Source of the DNA: Strigamia acuminata | Taxonomy: Eukaryota | Direction of reading: 5' to 3' | Assembly (NCBI GenBank): GCA_949358305.1 | Contig: OX442314.1 | Coordinates: 12,586,001-12,650,000 of the forward strand | Length of the DNA stretch: 64,000 bases | Shown: one piece after another, positions 59,856 through 64,000 of the stretch | Position numbering within the stretch: the stretch's first letter is position 1 | Layout of the letters: the number at the start of each line of letters is the position of its first letter | The notes under the pieces: model-generated | The model's input: the letters and a program-made list of their open reading frames with translations, nothing else | What the model was told of the DNA's origin: nothing | Database searches by the model: none | Translations under genes and position numbers: made by a program

Positions 59856-60278
59856 TCAAATGACTAATTCACTAACGCGTGTATTACAAAAATAAACATT
59901 ATTGTTAATTACCAGTAAATTACTTTTTATTTATTCATTTATTTATGTATTTATTCTTTATAGAATCTGAATAGACTAATTTATTTCCATAAACTTCGAC
60001 TTTTTCCACACCAAATCAACAATTGCTGTTCCTGACAACTACAATTTAAATTATCTGCAGATTAAAAAATCAACTGACTAAAGCAATGACTGAAATAGTA
60101 AAAAAAAAAAGTAAAATTGCCAATACAAGTATGTACGAGTAAGTAAATGAATTTATTTCCAACATAAAATATAACATTTTTATTTAAATAATTTAACAGT
60201 AAAAGACAAAACTACAGTCTAAATTTGTTACGTGGAGTAATGTTTGGTAACATTATAACAGCGCATAACATTACTTTT

Positions 60279-60350
60279 CAGAGACAACAGAATTTGAACC
60301 TGTGTGGAAAGATTCCTAGTCCATTGCCTTAACCACTGGACCACCACTCC
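60279..60350 (-). pseudogene. Decayed tRNA-Ser-like sequence (tRNA pseudogene or SINE head)
   Basis: GGAGTGGTGGTCCAGTGGTTAAGGCAATGGACTAGGAATC..CCACACAGGTTCAAATTCTG aligns with the canonical metazoan tRNA-Ser(AGA) recalled from memory. The B box is mutated, the variable arm shortened and the acceptor stem broken. Confidence 0.7.
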
Positions 60351-60900
60351 AAACTATTGCTGTCTTCATGAAGACAGTCATGTTGGTGAACAAAGTTGTG
60401 ATGTCATATCATGTTATATGATATCAAATTACTTGGGTTCCAGAGTAAGGTTTGAACAGGCTAAGCACCAAGTGTAGTGCTACACTTGACCTTTTTACTC
60501 CGCCTATTTGCATGAAAAATAAACTCCCTCAGCCAACAAAGTTCTTCTTGTACTTTGACAATGACATTGTTAGTTAACTCTAGCTTATGGAGCAAAATGC
60601 TTTGAAATCGTTAAAGAACTACTTGTAATTGTTATCTCACATAATTCATTTTAAAATTGGTGAGTATGTTATTAGTACCTTCCCCTTGTGAGTGGACAGA
60701 TGACGATCTCAGCATTGTCACACTCACACAAATTTGAAGGTAAAATAAAATAAAATTAGTTACGATATGTGCAGTAACCGTTTGGTGAACGATATCAATT
60801 GTCACTGAACGTCAATAGTACGTTTACAAGTTCTATTTAAGCGATGCTTCACGGATCAGTAATCATTCCTTTGCAAGCTGACCATCTAATACATCACGTC

Positions 60901-62238
60901 ATGCCTCTTAAGCAATCAGCGTTGAGTTTGGAAGAATTGTGTTTGAAAACAATCGCCGCACATTATTACCAGATACGCCATGATCTTAGTGATTTTCCTG
61001 ACATATTGGTTAACAATATATACCAATATTTTATTGATAAACAAAAATCCCCTCTATTTTATATGTCTAAAAAGACGAAAGTTCTTCTGCATCCGGATGA
61101 TTTTATTCGTCCTGACATGAAGTCTTTATCCTTTTCGGACTGGTTTTACTATCGTCCCACACACGAACTCGTAGATAAAATAATCCAAGTTTGTCCGAAC
61201 CTGATAACCCTCGATTTGTCACACCTAGAAGTTTCATCGCAATGTGTAACAGTATTAGTGAAACATTCGCCAAAGCTTCGACGTCTTAACTTGGGAAGAA
61301 ATACACGAATCACAGATTCAATTATAGACACGATAATTCCGAGTAACGTTCATCTTGAATACCTAAACATTTGCTCTACCGGAGTTACAGTAAATGGATG
61401 TTTACTTCTCGTTAAAGATCTGCCTCGCCTAAAAGAATTAGATCTTGATCCCTGGATGTGGAAATACTTATTTCAACTTCTAAAACAAGATTTTAGTCGC
61501 AACACATTTTCTCTCGAAAACATAAGACTAGTAGAATGCACACACGACGATCTTAGCATCGTCACACAAATGTTTCCGAATTTACGTAAGATTTACTTAG
61601 CGCCAACATTCACATTCGGGAATTTTAACGCTGTAGTTGCATCAATACTGTGCAAAACAATGGGTAGACTCACTAGCTTAGAACTGAACAAGATTAGTTC
61701 AGTCAATATTGAGCAAATTGGTCTTTTTTGCACAAAGTTAGAAACTTTAGTTTTGTTAAATTGTTCAATACGGAATGATATAACGAATTGTGATAATTTA
61801 AAAAACGTCTCGTTCAGAAATCTACGTACACTGACCATTTCTGAAGAACTGACTAAGACCATTTATGAAGAACGAAATTCACGAGCAAATACAATATCCA
61901 AACAACATTTGCGAATGTTATTGCTCAATTCTATTAATTTGCAAAGCTTAACTGTTTATAATTGTCAACTTTTCTGCGATAGTTTCATTGCAGAACTCAT
62001 CGAATCGAATTCACTGCAAAATCTCACGCATTTACACATTGCCACGTGCCACTCGATTAGTTCCACAACAGTAATTGAATTGCTAGCAATGAAAAATCCG
62101 CTAATTGATTTGATCGTTGCTCGTTGTCGAAGTATTGACCAAACGGCGTGGGATCGAGTTGTAGAGTATGTTCAAAGTGAGAATTTGAATCTTCGTATCA
62201 ATGCAAGCGTGAGGTTTGGAGAAGTTGAATTAGATTAA
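60901..62238 (+). CDS. BC-box/Cul2-box LRR protein, paralog 8 (divergent, mixed A/B features), 445 aa from the homologous ATG
   Basis: Intact ORF. MPLKQSALSLEELCLKTI..FPDILVNNI aligns with the paralog starts. The in-frame ATG at 60844 lies within the shared upstream block. Confidence 0.88.
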   Translation: MPLKQSALSLEELCLKTIAAHYYQIRHDLSDFPDILVNNIYQYFIDKQKSPLFYMSKKTKVLLHPDDFIRPDMKSLSFSDWFYYRPTHELVDKIIQVCPNLITLDLSHLEVSSQCVTVLVKHSPKLRRLNLGRNTRITDSIIDTIIPSNVHLEYLNICSTGVTVNGCLLLVKDLPRLKELDLDPWMWKYLFQLLKQDFSRNTFSLENIRLVECTHDDLSIVTQMFPNLRKIYLAPTFTFGNFNAVVASILCKTMGRLTSLELNKISSVNIEQIGLFCTKLETLVLLNCSIRNDITNCDNLKNVSFRNLRTLTISEELTKTIYEERNSRANTISKQHLRMLLLNSINLQSLTVYNCQLFCDSFIAELIESNSLQNLTHLHIATCHSISSTTVIELLAMKNPLIDLIVARCRSIDQTAWDRVVEYVQSENLNLRINASVRFGEVELD

Positions 62239-64000
62239 ACCAAGATGTGACTAAATTACACTTAAAATAAATAAAACATTTATATATTAATGTCAATATT
62301 TTTATTTCTTATAAAATCCTTTGAATCTCGTAACCACGATCCGTGAAAATATCGTACAAAATTCTATCACGTTTTCAGGCAATTCATAATTGATGTCATT
62401 CAATAATGCGATGAGAAACGAGTGAAACGACTCGTCTCCACGTTGCCCCTTAATAGTATCGACTACCATTGCTAAAACTTCACGAAGAGTATCAAAAATA
62501 AAATTAAAAAAAAAAAAAACAAAAAAAAAACCAAAGACCTTTTTAACTAAACCCACAGGGTATAGTGTTTCAAAGTCCAACGAGGAAGTCGAGAAATCTC
62601 AGCTCCCACTTCAAATCCCCAAAGTTGAAATAACTATAAAGAATCGAAGATTCATTCTCCTTGCAGACAAAAACGAGTATAAAAAAAAAAAAAAAAATTA
62701 AAAAAAAAAAAAAAAACCACTTGGCATGATCGATATTCCTTACATCTCTGGCCGAAAGCTGATACCGACGGAACAGGGACACAAATCTTCAACTACAGCT
62801 GATACTTGTACAAACGTGAGATACCAAAGTAGACGATTAAACGACGTCATGTCGCACCGCTAATGATTTCATCGTGCATTAATCATACATCCAACTCCCC
62901 ATTAATCTCCTCGCTGTTGCGCTCCTCCACTTTAAAAGAAATAAAATAATAAAACAAAACTTTTCAGAAATCGCCCGAAATTCGTCATCCGATTTGATGA
63001 TTTGATGCTGAAGCACGAATGCTCCTTCTAGTTGCCTCTTGAACTCCCTTCGTACATTTTGCGCAATCCAATTAACTACTCGCTGGCTAATCAGGAAAAA
63101 CAGCCTGCGGCAAGGGATCCTCCATCTGCCCTTCCTCACCCTTCATCCGCGACCCCTTACAGCCCTCGCTTTTACAGTTTTATTGCTAAACTCACACGAA
63201 CGGCGGTTAAAATGCAGCAACTCGTAAAAGCACCGCCTGGCGTTAAAGGCGACGGCTTCCCCGCAACGCAATCCTTTCATTCACATTTCAGAAACAATAA
63301 ACAACCACGAAATCGTGCGCTCTTTTCTCGATAAATTATTCGAATTATCAGTGCACATCGAAGGTGCCATCAGTGAGTGACAGCCCTTTCCCTACATAAA
63401 CCCGTGTGACTCATCCAAACCGCATTTTTCGCCCCCAAAGCAGATTTAAAAGTCAATAAATCCGGAATAAGCCCGGCGGTAACTCGAAAGTAAACTATTC
63501 GACAACTAATTACGAGTATTGACAAAAAAATTATAATAATAATTATGATAAAAAATTCAAATCAAATTTGTCCCGCCCTAATAATCAAGTTAATGCAATG
63601 ATTCATCCCGAATCGAATTTCGCTTCCACGGCCTAAAAAAAAAAAAAAAAATTCCAAATTTAAATTATAAATTACTCTTAAAATATCTCCGAAACGCTCG
63701 CAATCTCCTAACGTTAAATCAAGTCGAAAAAACTCGCACAATTGCCAAATCCGTACATCAATTTCGAGCCAAGTCCATCTTTGATCCATTTTAAGCCCCA
63801 TTCGTAACACTGAAATGAAGCACTGCCCCTTCACTTGACACACCAAGTTTTATTAAAGAAATTTATTGCTCCTTCTTTCTTCTTTTCTTTTTTTTATTAT
63901 TATTATCTCTTCCTCTCATTCTCCTTTTTATATCATCCGATGCTGTATATGGTCCCTCAATCCTCCGTGTGTACAGAATATAAAGGACACCGCAACATCT

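Overview
AT-rich eukaryotic genomic DNA (invertebrate, probably arthropod, judged from the TRIM9 protein and intron structure; not prokaryotic). The left 36 kb holds a complete minus-strand TRIM9/Trim9-like E3 ubiquitin ligase gene (RING, 2 B-boxes, coiled coil, COS, FN3, SPRY). It has 8 clear coding exons, two candidate in-frame microexons (27 nt and 6 nt), a ~26.4-kb first intron and an intact tRNA-Asp(GTC) in an intron. From 46.6 to 62.2 kb lies a plus-strand tandem array of single-coding-exon leucine-rich-repeat genes: 6 intact, 1 disrupted by a MITE, plus several fragments. Their N-termini match an Elongin BC-box/Cullin-2-box (VHL-box) and their exposed LRR positions are hypervariable. 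Least expected: about ten short non-coding islands of TRIM9 intron 1 (15.0-21.8 kb) recur, nearly collinearly, upstream of exon 1 (37.2-43.6 kb and 63.0-63.4 kb), with the LRR array lying among them. This suggests an ancient duplication of the TRIM9 5' cassette and predicts a second first exon beyond the window. The window also contains hAT-type and Tc1/mariner-type MITEs, a decayed tRNA-Ser-like sequence and four 30-31-bp-period A-tract minisatellites. All alignments were made by eye; no database search was run.
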